Below, one piece after another: positions 36,801 through 44,205 of a stretch of DNA of 53,769 nt (positions are counted from its first letter, which is position 1; each line of letters begins with the position of its first letter). The notes under the pieces are model-generated. The model was given only the letters and a program-made list of their open reading frames with translations. It did not search any database and was not told the DNA's origin. The stretch is from an uncultured bacterium (GTDB lineage: Bacteria > Patescibacteriota > Minisyncoccia > Phycocordibacterales > Phycocordibacteraceae). The stretch covers positions 1-53,769 of the forward strand of contig CAJEYI010000003.1 in the NCBI GenBank assembly GCA_903994795.1. The letters are read 5' to 3'. Made by a program: the position numbers and the translations under genes.

Positions 36801-37550
36801 TGCTTCTTTTTCTGTGATGAATGAAAAATCTTCTTCTTCATTTCGTCCGCGTGAGCCATGCTGAATACGTCGCATGACTTCGCATGCTTCGCGGTCGCCT
36901 GGTTTCAAATAGTACACGTCGTGCTGAGCAACGAGTGGCACTTCTTCGGACTTCGCCAGCTCGATTACCTTCTGCATTTTTTCTTCGTGCCCGGCAACAC
37001 TCGGGTGATGGGTAATTTCGAGGAACAGATTTTCGCCAGTCTCTCCGGGCACGAAGATACTTTTATATGTAGCAAGTGATGCTGCTGCGCCTTGTGTATC
37101 TCCAGCTGCAAGCATGAGTGGAATTTCTCCAGCAAATGACGGAATGATCGCGATTACTCCTTCACGGTATTCCTTTAAGAGGTCCATGTCGACACGTGGC
37201 TTCTCGAAGAATCCTTCTACGTATGACTTCGTCACAATGGCGAGCAGATTTTTGTATCCAATATTATTCTCAGCAAGAAGCACGATGCGCGCGCGTTTTG
37301 CGTCGAGTGTCGGGTCTTTTAGAAATCGTGAGCGTGGAGCGACAAACGTGTCTACACCGAGAATTGGTTTGATACCCTCATCCTCTGCGGCTTTAAAAAA
37401 TTCAATTGCACCGTGCATGTTGCCGGCATCGGTAAGACCGACTGCGTTCATGCCGTTCTTCTTTGCTGCTGCCACAAGCTCCTCAACTTTCGGCATTGCT
37501 TCAAGGAACGAGTAGTGACTGTGTGCGTGGAGATGGATGAAACGACTCAT
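33885..37550 (-). CDS. dnaE: DNA polymerase III alpha subunit containing an intein
   Basis: PHP HLHAHSHYS, RGSAAGS, PDIDMD, GLLKFDFLG, YGFNK[intein]SHAASY, C-terminal OB fold. Confidence 0.97.
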   Translation of the reverse strand: MSRFIHLHAHSHYSFLEAMPKVEELVAAAKKNGMNAVGLTDAGNMHGAIEFFKAAEDEGIKPILGVDTFVAPRSRFLKDPTLDAKRARIVLLAENNIGYKNLLAIVTKSYVEGFFEKPRVDMDLLKEYREGVIAIIPSFAGEIPLMLAAGDTQGAAASLATYKSIFVPGETGENLFLEITHHPSVAGHEEKMQKVIELAKSEEVPLVAQHDVYYLKPGDREACEVMRRIQHGSRGRNEEEDFSFITEKEAIKLFKSTPEAIDASQKIADRCNLEFDLGKWIFPNIPTKPGMTHEDELREKTFAGLVTRRMEETPVVTERIEYELGIINKKGFAPYFLAVSDLLTFAKSAGILTTTRGSAAGSLVGYLTGISNVDPLYYKLPFERFLNPERPKAPDIDMDIADNRRDEMIAYAKRKYGEDHVAQIGTFGTMAARAAVRDVARALGHSYSVGDRIAKLIPIGSQGFPMTIDHALKIEKDLKALYNEDDDAKEVIDLARQIEGCVRHVGVHAAGVVIAPTPLIEWTPLQPDPKSTDESNTKLITQYDMYSISDEYGGVGLLKFDFLGIKNLAILSDALRRVKESSGEIIDIEFVPIDDTKTFEMLARGETEGVFQLSGSGMTRYLKELQPSTIHDINAMVALYRPGPMDVIPEYIERKNNARLVKYLDLRMEKFLTESYGLLVYQDDLLYCAVYLAGYSWLEVDKFRKAIGKKNPVEMAKQKKQFTEGIVANGQTAAFADKLWLLFEPFQAYGFNKCLTADTQIYDSVTGTYPTIAELLTRNTPPNVVSLNKDFKLVSSVASIPFENGIKEVFKLTTQSGKNIRATANHPFLTHDGWARLEALTPGTSVATPKKLPLPNEQVSEKISTSDDSDIFWDEVVSIIPDGTEMTYDLSVPAHENFIANNFIVHNSHAASYGKVAYQTAYMKANYPYEYMASVLTADAGDTESISTFVTECERMKIRVLPPDINESNSDFTVAMTPEGKVIRFGLTTIKNFGEGISNAIISERNARGPFTSLSDFLCRVESRNLNKKGLEALIKCGALDKFADEIGGRETMMTHIELMLAFHRDATMSAPQDSLFGAMAKPSLVLPKDEGHHTKLADKLAWEKELLGIYVSGHPLDAHAEKVAKATISIKEILADPHPGKDLILPVLLAEVRPVLTKGGDKMAFVRLEDKTASLEAVIFPKLYKEHALLVNAGTCLLVKGKVSSRNGETSFAVDNLKAL
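34830..35291 (-). mobile_element. Contiguous mini-intein (154 aa, no homing endonuclease) in DnaE
   Basis: Starts CLTADTQI; block B ATANHPF; block F TYDLSV; ends IVHN followed by Ser; inserted in FNK|SHA. Confidence 0.93.
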
Positions 37551-37608
37551 AGACTAAGAATACCAAATTTCACACATTTACGCGCTTCAGTTTATCCGTA
37601 GCGACTAA

Positions 37609-38664
37609 TTATGCATCTTTTCCTTTCCAAGAAATCTTTGGTTTTTGAGCATTGCTCGGATAATCCTTTTGTAGCCGAGGTGAAAATTGCAGTAGTTCAA
37701 GTGGCGGAAATTGGTTAAGACGCTGACTCTCCTCAATAGTGTCGACTGGAATAAAGGTAGTGTATTGCGGATCATTTCCATTCACCCAGTCAATTTCTTC
37801 ATAGAACTCAAAAAAGTAGAGCTGGCCACACTCACGACATTTAAGTAAGTATCGCCATAAATGACTCTCCTGAACATACGTATGAATTAGCTCAAAGAAA
37901 TCTTTCAAAGGACAGCTTTCTACAAGTTCTGGTTTATTCCATAGAACACATTGTGTTGGCTTTTGCATTACTCCGACAGAAGCTGGTATATTTTGCGTGA
38001 CTTGACCCATAAATTCCTTAACTATTTTATCTTCTGATTTTTCTGCAGTGCTAACGAGCGCGATAAGTCTTCGACCATCCTCCGCAGGGGGAGTAAGTTT
38101 TTCCAGTTTGGTCAGCAAACCCTTGAGGTCTTCTGCAAGAGGACTCTCGGACCAGCGGTTTAGAAGTGCCTCTATTACTCGCTTTTGATTTTGAATAGTC
38201 ACTTCTTTTCCTGCGTTGAAGCGCATAAACACCTCGTCACCATCTTGTTCATAATCAGCGAGTAGTTCGGTTACATTGCTGAGTACATCAGCTGACTTCA
38301 CGAGGACTGACTCATTTGAGAAATGCTGGATGTGCCCAAGCGCTATTTGTTTGCGCGCCTCCCAAGAAAGGCTCCTGTCTTCTTCTGTAACGCTTAAGAC
38401 AAGTTCTGCGACATACGGACCGAAATGTTTTTCAATAACCCCTGACGTCACTTTATGTTCAGGCACACTATCCTCAATGGTGTCGTGAAGTATTCCCGCT
38501 ACAACTGTATCCTCATTCGCTCCTGCTCGGGAAAGAATTAGGCCAACGGTGAGTGGGTGAGTGATGTAGGCGATATCTTTTCCTTTTCGCTTTTGTTTCT
38601 GGTTTAGTTCGTGAGTTTCTATTGAGAAACTTATTGCGTTGCTAATTTTGTTGCTGTATATCAT
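37609..38664 (-). CDS. HD-domain (SpoT/Mesh1-like) hydrolase fused to a Cys-containing C-terminal domain
   Basis: H..QKRK...YITHP, AGILHDTIED, VKSADVLSN; C-terminal LKCRECGQLY domain. Confidence 0.8.
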   Translation of the reverse strand: MIYSNKISNAISFSIETHELNQKQKRKGKDIAYITHPLTVGLILSRAGANEDTVVAGILHDTIEDSVPEHKVTSGVIEKHFGPYVAELVLSVTEEDRSLSWEARKQIALGHIQHFSNESVLVKSADVLSNVTELLADYEQDGDEVFMRFNAGKEVTIQNQKRVIEALLNRWSESPLAEDLKGLLTKLEKLTPPAEDGRRLIALVSTAEKSEDKIVKEFMGQVTQNIPASVGVMQKPTQCVLWNKPELVESCPLKDFFELIHTYVQESHLWRYLLKCRECGQLYFFEFYEEIDWVNGNDPQYTTFIPVDTIEESQRLNQFPPLELLQFSPRLQKDYPSNAQKPKISWKGKDA

Positions 38665-38682
38665 ATTTGTTTGCGTTACTTA

Positions 38683-38884
38683 GTAGTGGCCCCGTGCCGT
38701 TTCGTAGCTGACTAAGCAAATAAAAAAGCGAGTCGGAGTTTTGATCCAACCCAAGGGCTGAATGAAATCTCCCAATCGCTTTTTGCAATTAGTCGCGCAG
38801 GTCATGTGGTTTCTCGCAGATTTCCCAAGTTACCTACTCCACCATGGAGAGATATGCGCGGTCCAAATTAATGGCATGGACTAC
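38683..38884 (-). ncRNA. Putative ~200-nt structured RNA / leader upstream of the HD gene
   Basis: End-to-end pairing GTAGT-CCATGCC / GGCACGG-ACTAC, internal GCGCA/TGCGC domain, long hairpin 38710-38794 containing a U6 tract. Confidence 0.6.
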
Positions 38885-38894
38885 CAATAGATTA

Positions 38895-38923
38895 ATTATA
38901 CAACGATGTAGACTTAATCGCAA
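38895..38923 (-). promoter_or_regulatory. Sigma70-type promoter
   Basis: TTGCGA-N17-TATAAT on the minus strand, just upstream of the structured RNA. Confidence 0.75.
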
Positions 38924-38926
38924 TTA

Positions 38927-39241
38927 TTATTTCTGTAATCCATGTCCGTGCAGGCATTCTTCGTACGCGGACTGATAAGCAATGTCATATATGCTTTGAT
39001 TTTTCAAAAAATCAGCACCTTCATCCCTCCCGCTTGCTAATTTACTTGCTTCCTTTGAGCAAGTTGCTCGAGTAATACTTGGTAAAATTTCATACCAGGA
39101 GAATAAAATAAGACTAAACACAACAATTGTAATTAGTACCCGGTTCTCTTTTAAATAGGTCAGACTTTTCCTTGTTCCGTGTTTGAACATATTAGCAAGT
39201 TTAACATATTTTCTGAATGTTGATTCAGGAATGCGAGACAT
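38927..39241 (-). CDS. Small single-TM protein with a Cys pair
   Basis: TM followed by ATC...YEECLHGHGL; AT-rich. Confidence 0.65.
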   Translation of the reverse strand: MSRIPESTFRKYVKLANMFKHGTRKSLTYLKENRVLITIVVFSLILFSWYEILPSITRATCSKEASKLASGRDEGADFLKNQSIYDIAYQSAYEECLHGHGLQK

Positions 39242-39281
39242 AAGAAGTAATTATAAAATTTCCATCTGCTATGATTTCGAG

Positions 39282-39881
39282 ATGTCAGTGATTATTGGAA
39301 TTGATGAGGCGGGCCGTGGGCCGATTGCGGGCCCGGTTTCGGTGGGTGTAGTTCGTGTGGAAGAAGGATTCGACGTGCTCGGAGCTTTTCCTGGGCTGAA
39401 TGATTCGAAGCAGCTTTCGGAAAAGAAAAGGGAAGTGTTATTCAGGTTGCTTGAGGAAGAGGTTGCGAAAGGCACTGTGGCATTTAGTGTTGAGCTTCGA
39501 AGCGCGCAGATGATCGATACGGGTGGGATTGTGCCTTCGATTCAAAATGCACTCGATACTGCACTCGGTTCACTCCTTGGAATTTCGGAAACCGTGCAGG
39601 GAAAAGTGTTTCTTGATGGGTCCCTCCATGCTCCAAAGGAGTACATGCAGGAAACGGTGATTGGGGGTGACGGAATTATTCCGGTCATTATGCTCGCCTC
39701 AGTAGCAGCGAAAGTCGTTCGGGATCGTCACATGGTGAATGAGGTGGCCTTGCGATTTCCTGCCTATAATTTTGAAAAGCATAAGGGATACGGGACAAAA
39801 GCTCACTACGACGCTATCACCTTGCACGGACTATGCGAAGAGCATCGTCGCTCGTATCTGAAAAGAATTACGCAGTCGTAG
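39282..39881 (+). CDS. rnhB: Ribonuclease HII
   Basis: IGIDEAGRGP, LNDSKQL, ASVAAKVVRD, HKGYGT, HRRSY; start at ATG 39282. Confidence 0.96.
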   Translation: MSVIIGIDEAGRGPIAGPVSVGVVRVEEGFDVLGAFPGLNDSKQLSEKKREVLFRLLEEEVAKGTVAFSVELRSAQMIDTGGIVPSIQNALDTALGSLLGISETVQGKVFLDGSLHAPKEYMQETVIGGDGIIPVIMLASVAAKVVRDRHMVNEVALRFPAYNFEKHKGYGTKAHYDAITLHGLCEEHRRSYLKRITQS

Positions 39882-40449
39882 ACTTCGCAGGACGCATCAC
39901 GATGAACTTTTGTTTCCATGCCTTTCGGAAGGCATCTGTTGATATTTGTTTCTGGCCGCCTTTCGCTGCTGGGTCGTTGTAGTACACAACTCCATTGCTG
40001 ATACCGTCAATAACTACCATGTGTGGAATAGGATTCTTTGGGTCGAATTTATAGTGCACAGAAACTATCACGGGGCCGTCCTTAGTGTAGGAAGAAAGTG
40101 TGTCGAAAGCCGTAGTCGAGTTTTTACCACTTAAATCATAGCTAGAACCATCGAGTCCATGTGTCCTTGCGACAGCAATAAGGTCTTTGTGTTTCCATCC
40201 AGCATTTTTATCATATGCGCCTGCTGCAACTGCTTCTTTGAGTAGGGAATTAACGGTGACTTCTTTTGGGGTATAGAAATCAATCACCATTGCCATGCTT
40301 GTAACGCCGCATCCGACTTTCTGCCATGTTGTTGACTGAATATCTGCAAACTGCGAATAGAACGGTACTTGTGCGATGTGTGCAGGAATTGAAATCGCAG
40401 AAGGCGCTGAGCTTACTGGCGGAAGGGACGCAGGTATAAGTGGGATCAT
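39868..40449 (-). CDS. Peptidase C39-like protein
   Basis: VPFYSQ, GCGVTSMAMV, HMVVIDG, YYNDP (Cys-His-Asp triad). Confidence 0.85.
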   Translation of the reverse strand: MIPLIPASLPPVSSAPSAISIPAHIAQVPFYSQFADIQSTTWQKVGCGVTSMAMVIDFYTPKEVTVNSLLKEAVAAGAYDKNAGWKHKDLIAVARTHGLDGSSYDLSGKNSTTAFDTLSSYTKDGPVIVSVHYKFDPKNPIPHMVVIDGISNGVVYYNDPAAKGGQKQISTDAFRKAWKQKFIVMRPAKSTTA

Positions 40450-40499
40450 GCGAGCATTGTGTCAGGTATGGTTAGTATTGCAAGAAAGATGAAGACGAA

Positions 40500-41366
40500 T
40501 TAATTCTGCACAATTACAGGTGTGCCGATGTCTGCCCAGTAGTAGAGTTTCTTTGCATTTGCAGGTGAAAGATTTACGCAACCATGTGACCACGGTTTTC
40601 CAAATTGATCATGCCAATATGCACCATGAATGACTGCTCCGTCGCGTGTGAAATACAAATCCCACGGCACACCAGGCAAGTCATATACCTGACTACTTAC
40701 GCCTGGAAGTGGTCCTTGCATGTATCGCGCTGGTGTCTTTCTAAATATCGAAAAGGTGCCGTGAGGTGTTGGTGTGAATTCAAGTCCTGTTGAAATCGGT
40801 TCCCGCATGAAAAGTGTCTCGCCATCGTATGCAGAAAGTTGTTCCTTTGATATGTCGACAACAATTCGTTTGGTCGTTGTTGCAACCGTACCTACCGGAA
40901 CGTTCTCATCACCTGTATCAGAGAAGAGTTGCACCGCATCTGCATATACATACCAGTCACTAGTGATGCGCTCGGCATAGCGAATGTCGGCGCCGGGATT
41001 TATTTTGTACCAGTCGTGCCCATCGATAGTGACGGTGCTCGCGACTTTCAGTACTACTCCTGTGCGAAGTCGCTCGACAACGGGGAATTGCGCGCCCGGA
41101 CCTGATCGCAAGTTAACGCATGTGCCAGTATAGTCCCAAGCGCACCCATCGATGACTTCGATGTAGTGAATGTCTCCAAGGCTCGTGACTATGGGAGGAG
41201 TCGCAGTGGATGGGGTCGAGGTTGCTGCAATTGGCGTAACAATAGGGGAAAGGTTTTCGGGTGTTACCCACACAATTCCAAACACCCACATGAGGAAGAA
41301 GTAGAGAAGTACGCTACCTAGAATTGGGAGAATAAGTAGTGAGTATGAAGTAGTGGAGGATTTCAT
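40500..41366 (-). CDS. L,D-transpeptidase (YkuD) with SH3-like domain
   Basis: [12 protein letters not shown]3b-like domain, IHGAYWH...SHGCVNL; start uncertain (41366/41378/41411). Confidence 0.9.
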   Translation of the reverse strand: MKSSTTSYSLLILPILGSVLLYFFLMWVFGIVWVTPENLSPIVTPIAATSTPSTATPPIVTSLGDIHYIEVIDGCAWDYTGTCVNLRSGPGAQFPVVERLRTGVVLKVASTVTIDGHDWYKINPGADIRYAERITSDWYVYADAVQLFSDTGDENVPVGTVATTTKRIVVDISKEQLSAYDGETLFMREPISTGLEFTPTPHGTFSIFRKTPARYMQGPLPGVSSQVYDLPGVPWDLYFTRDGAVIHGAYWHDQFGKPWSHGCVNLSPANAKKLYYWADIGTPVIVQN

Positions 41367-41478
41367 TGGTATACTCATAATACCACTACTTTTGTATTTT
41401 GCAAATTTCACATTATGCAGAACACCGCGGAATCATATTGTTTTGCCTTTTTTATCCCCGCATGGTACGGTATTACAC

Positions 41479-41871
41479 ATGTCAGTACGAATGCGCCACA
41501 CCAGTTCTCATAGCAAAAACCGCCGTAGCCACCACGCGCTCACGGGGACTACTATCGTAACCGATGCAAAGACGGGTAACCTCCGCCTTCCACACCGTCT
41601 CGATGAAAAGACAGGAATGTATAAAGGTATCCAGATCGTTTCTAAGAAAGAAATGCACAAAGAAGAACTAAAGGACAAGAAAAAGGCTGCTCACAAGCGC
41701 GAACACATCCATGCAGAAGGTGCAAAAGAACCAGTTCACGCTGAGAAGCACATGGCTCAGGAAAAGAGCGACAAGAAGTCACAGGGACTACTCGGACGCA
41801 TGAGTACAGGTCGCGCACGATCACGAAGTGGAATGGGAGGAGGTGCAGGACCAGCAGCAAAAAGCTCATAG
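41479..41871 (+). CDS. rpmF: 50S ribosomal protein L32 (Cys-free) with long basic C-terminal extension
   Basis: [13 protein letters not shown]...LPHR...GMYKG; in rpmF-nusB-rnc order; start at ATG 41479. Confidence 0.85.
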   Translation: MSVRMRHTSSHSKNRRSHHALTGTTIVTDAKTGNLRLPHRLDEKTGMYKGIQIVSKKEMHKEELKDKKKAAHKREHIHAEGAKEPVHAEKHMAQEKSDKKSQGLLGRMSTGRARSRSGMGGGAGPAAKSS

Positions 41872-41905
41872 TTTTCGTTAATTCGTTTTTCATAAAAGTT
41901 ATACA

Positions 41906-41931
41906 CACACCCGCGCTCTTGCGCGGGTGTG
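41906..41931 (+). terminator. GC-rich hairpin after rpmF
   Basis: CACACCCGCGC-TCTT-GCGCGGGTGTG; weak U tract. Confidence 0.45.
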
Positions 41932-41965
41932 CTGTGTCATACATACTCATATATAGCTCTTTCAT

Positions 41966-42892
41966 ATGGCCAACCGCCACCTAGCCCGATCAGTAGTACT
42001 CCAGACACTCTTTGAGTGGGATACTTCGAATGCTCCTGATACAGAGGCACCAGAGATGCTCGCACGAAATGTCGACGAGTTTGGAGGTGAAGAAACGGAC
42101 AAGGTCTTTATGGAACAACTCCTCCAGGGCGTACTCGCAAAGCGTGAAGATCTAGATTTAGTAATTGGGAAGGCTGCGCCGGACTGGCCAATTGAAAAGA
42201 TTGCGCCCGTAGACCGTAATATCCTTCGTATAGGCCTTTTTGAGCTTTTATTTGCTGACCGTACGCAGGTACCCGCAAAGGTTGCTATAAATGAGGCAAT
42301 TGAATTAGCAAAGATTTTTGGTGGAGACTCGTCAGGGCGTTTTGTAAACGGTGTGCTTGGTGCTGTCTATAAAGAAATGGGTGAACCAGGAAAGGACGAG
42401 ACCGGAAAGAAGAGCAAGGCTGTTCGTCGTGAGGATCTTCCTGTCGAAGAGCTTGGAGGAGCAATTGTGTATGCTATGCAGGACGGTCAGTACTTCCTTG
42501 CGCTTGTGCACGATGTGTTTGGACACTGGACTCTTTCGAAAGGAAAGATTGGTGACGCTCCTGAGATTGCAAACGAAACTCTTGAAGAAGGTACTATTCG
42601 AGAGATAAAAGAGGAAATGGGTATTGATATTGAAATCGAAGGGAAAGTTGGTGAGAATGAATATGTTGCATCACATCCAGAGAAAGGAAAATTCCGAAAG
42701 CACGTCACCTACTTCCTTGCGAAGTCAGACTATGTGCCACTCAAACTCCAGGAAGGAAAGGGAGGTCTCGATGATGTGCGATGGTTCCGACTCACTGATA
42801 TTCTCGATCTTAATTTCTATGACGACATGCTTCCAATTGTCACCTCAGCTGTGCAGCGCCTTCTCGATAAAACACCCGTAAAGACGCGTTAA
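41966..42892 (+). CDS. nusB: NusB fused to a C-terminal NUDIX hydrolase domain
   Basis: RHLAR..LQTLF, DRNILR, VAINEAIELAK, FVNGVL; then WTLSKGK...REIKEEMG NUDIX box. Confidence 0.92.
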   Translation: MANRHLARSVVLQTLFEWDTSNAPDTEAPEMLARNVDEFGGEETDKVFMEQLLQGVLAKREDLDLVIGKAAPDWPIEKIAPVDRNILRIGLFELLFADRTQVPAKVAINEAIELAKIFGGDSSGRFVNGVLGAVYKEMGEPGKDETGKKSKAVRREDLPVEELGGAIVYAMQDGQYFLALVHDVFGHWTLSKGKIGDAPEIANETLEEGTIREIKEEMGIDIEIEGKVGENEYVASHPEKGKFRKHVTYFLAKSDYVPLKLQEGKGGLDDVRWFRLTDILDLNFYDDMLPIVTSAVQRLLDKTPVKTR

Positions 42893-43023
42893 GAGTTACG
42901 TCAGCGTGCCTCGAGTAACGCAGTCCCGAAGGCGGAGCATTGTGATTGGAGTTGCGCGACAATCTTAAAATGCGACTGTGCTGAGCCGCGGGACGAGTAA
43001 CGCCGAGGACATGCTCCCAACTC
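42893..43023 (+). other. Long structured intergenic element upstream of rnc
   Basis: Nested stems GAGTT/AACTC, AGCGTG/CATGCT, CCTCG/CGAGG, GTCCC/GGGAC; CGAGTAACGC occurs at 42912 and 42994. Confidence 0.6.
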
Positions 43024-43064
43024 GCCCCTCGCTTTTTTACCCATTTTTGGTATAAGATATCCAC

Positions 43065-43754
43065 ATGCCCGATTTCGCCCCCTATGCTGCAAAGCTTGGT
43101 GTGAGCTTCAAAAACCTCAATCTCCTCGTTGAGGCTCTTACCCATCGCTCCTATTTAAATGAAAACCGTGGCCTCATATCTACACATAACGAGCGTCTAG
43201 AGTTCCTTGGAGATGCTGTTCTTGAGCTAGCCGTTACACACTTCCTCTTCCTTAAGTTTCCTCAGAAAGACGAAGGAGAACTAACTGCGTACCGGGCTTC
43301 GCTAGTGAACACTGTATCGATTGCTGGAGTTGCTGAGACACTTGGACTAAACGATATGCTTCTTCTTTCGAAAGGTGAAAGCAAAGACACGGGGCGTGCT
43401 CGACAGATTATTCTTGCGAATGCGTTCGAAGCACTACTCGGTGCAATTTATCTTGATCAGGGCTATGACGTTGTGGAGGCATTTCTTGCAAAGCATCTTT
43501 ATGAAAAGATTGATGGCGTAATCGAAACGCGTTCATGGCAGGATGCAAAGAGTCATTTCCAGGAAGTTGCGCAGGATAAGCGTGGAACAACTCCAAGCTA
43601 CAAAACTCTTCAGGAAGTCGGACCAGATCACAACAAGCAGTTCACTGTCGGAGTCTTTTTAAAGAATGACGAAATCGCTCGTGGAAAAGGACAGTCAAAG
43701 CAGGAAGCAGAACAGTCAGCAGCACAGGCAGCACTCGAGAAGACGGGGTGGTAG
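43065..43754 (+). CDS. rnc: Ribonuclease III
   Basis: ALTHRSY, NERLEFLGDAVL, EALLGAIYLD, C-terminal dsRBD. Confidence 0.97.
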   Translation: MPDFAPYAAKLGVSFKNLNLLVEALTHRSYLNENRGLISTHNERLEFLGDAVLELAVTHFLFLKFPQKDEGELTAYRASLVNTVSIAGVAETLGLNDMLLLSKGESKDTGRARQIILANAFEALLGAIYLDQGYDVVEAFLAKHLYEKIDGVIETRSWQDAKSHFQEVAQDKRGTTPSYKTLQEVGPDHNKQFTVGVFLKNDEIARGKGQSKQEAEQSAAQAALEKTGW

Positions 43755-43788
43755 TAAAAAAAGCAGGGCACAGAAGTGGTAATTGTCG

Positions 43789-43847
43789 AAAACTCAGAAA
43801 AACTTTAGAACGACTTTAGTTTTTCTTCAGCATCAAAATGCCAGACT
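43789..43847 (+). promoter_or_regulatory. Repeated promoter module, copy 3
   Basis: AAAACTCAGAAAAACTTTAGAAC (43789-43811), TTTCTTCAGC 10 nt later, degenerate TGC-CAGACT at the copy-2 spacing. Confidence 0.75.
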
Positions 43848-43881
43848 AGTTACGTGAGAGTTACTAGTTAACGCATTTTAT

Positions 43882-44145
43882 ATGTTGGAATATCGCCTAC
43901 AAGAAAAGAAAAAAAGAATTATTCAGGTGCAAGTGTTTGAGGATGAAGCGTACTTCGTAGCGACGTGTACAGATCTCGCAGTCTTCGTGCAAGGGAAGAC
44001 TCTAAATGAACTTGCTTATAACATTCGCGAAGCAGTATCGCTTGCGGTCGAGACCGAGAACTTGCCGGAAATGGGGTACGTGGAAAACCCTTTAATTCTT
44101 GCAAATATTGAACTCGGCTTTGTGAATCCTCGGAGTGGTCCGTGA
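43882..44145 (+). CDS. HicB/DUF1902-like antitoxin-family protein, orphan
   Basis: YFVATC.DL.VFVQGKTLNEL..NIREAVSL partial RNase H-like fold; no HicA adjacent. Confidence 0.75.
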   Translation: MLEYRLQEKKKRIIQVQVFEDEAYFVATCTDLAVFVQGKTLNELAYNIREAVSLAVETENLPEMGYVENPLILANIELGFVNPRSGP

Positions 44146-44205
44146 TACACAGTCATACATAAACTTGAAGAGTGTTTGCCTCAGAGTTTGGTACAATGAG
44201 GACAA

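Noticed and set aside
38690-38884. Hammerhead ribozyme or ykkC/ppGpp riboswitch upstream of the HD gene
   Set aside because: CGAAAC is present but there is no CUGANGA core; no ykkC consensus (TAGGGTTCCG...) is visible
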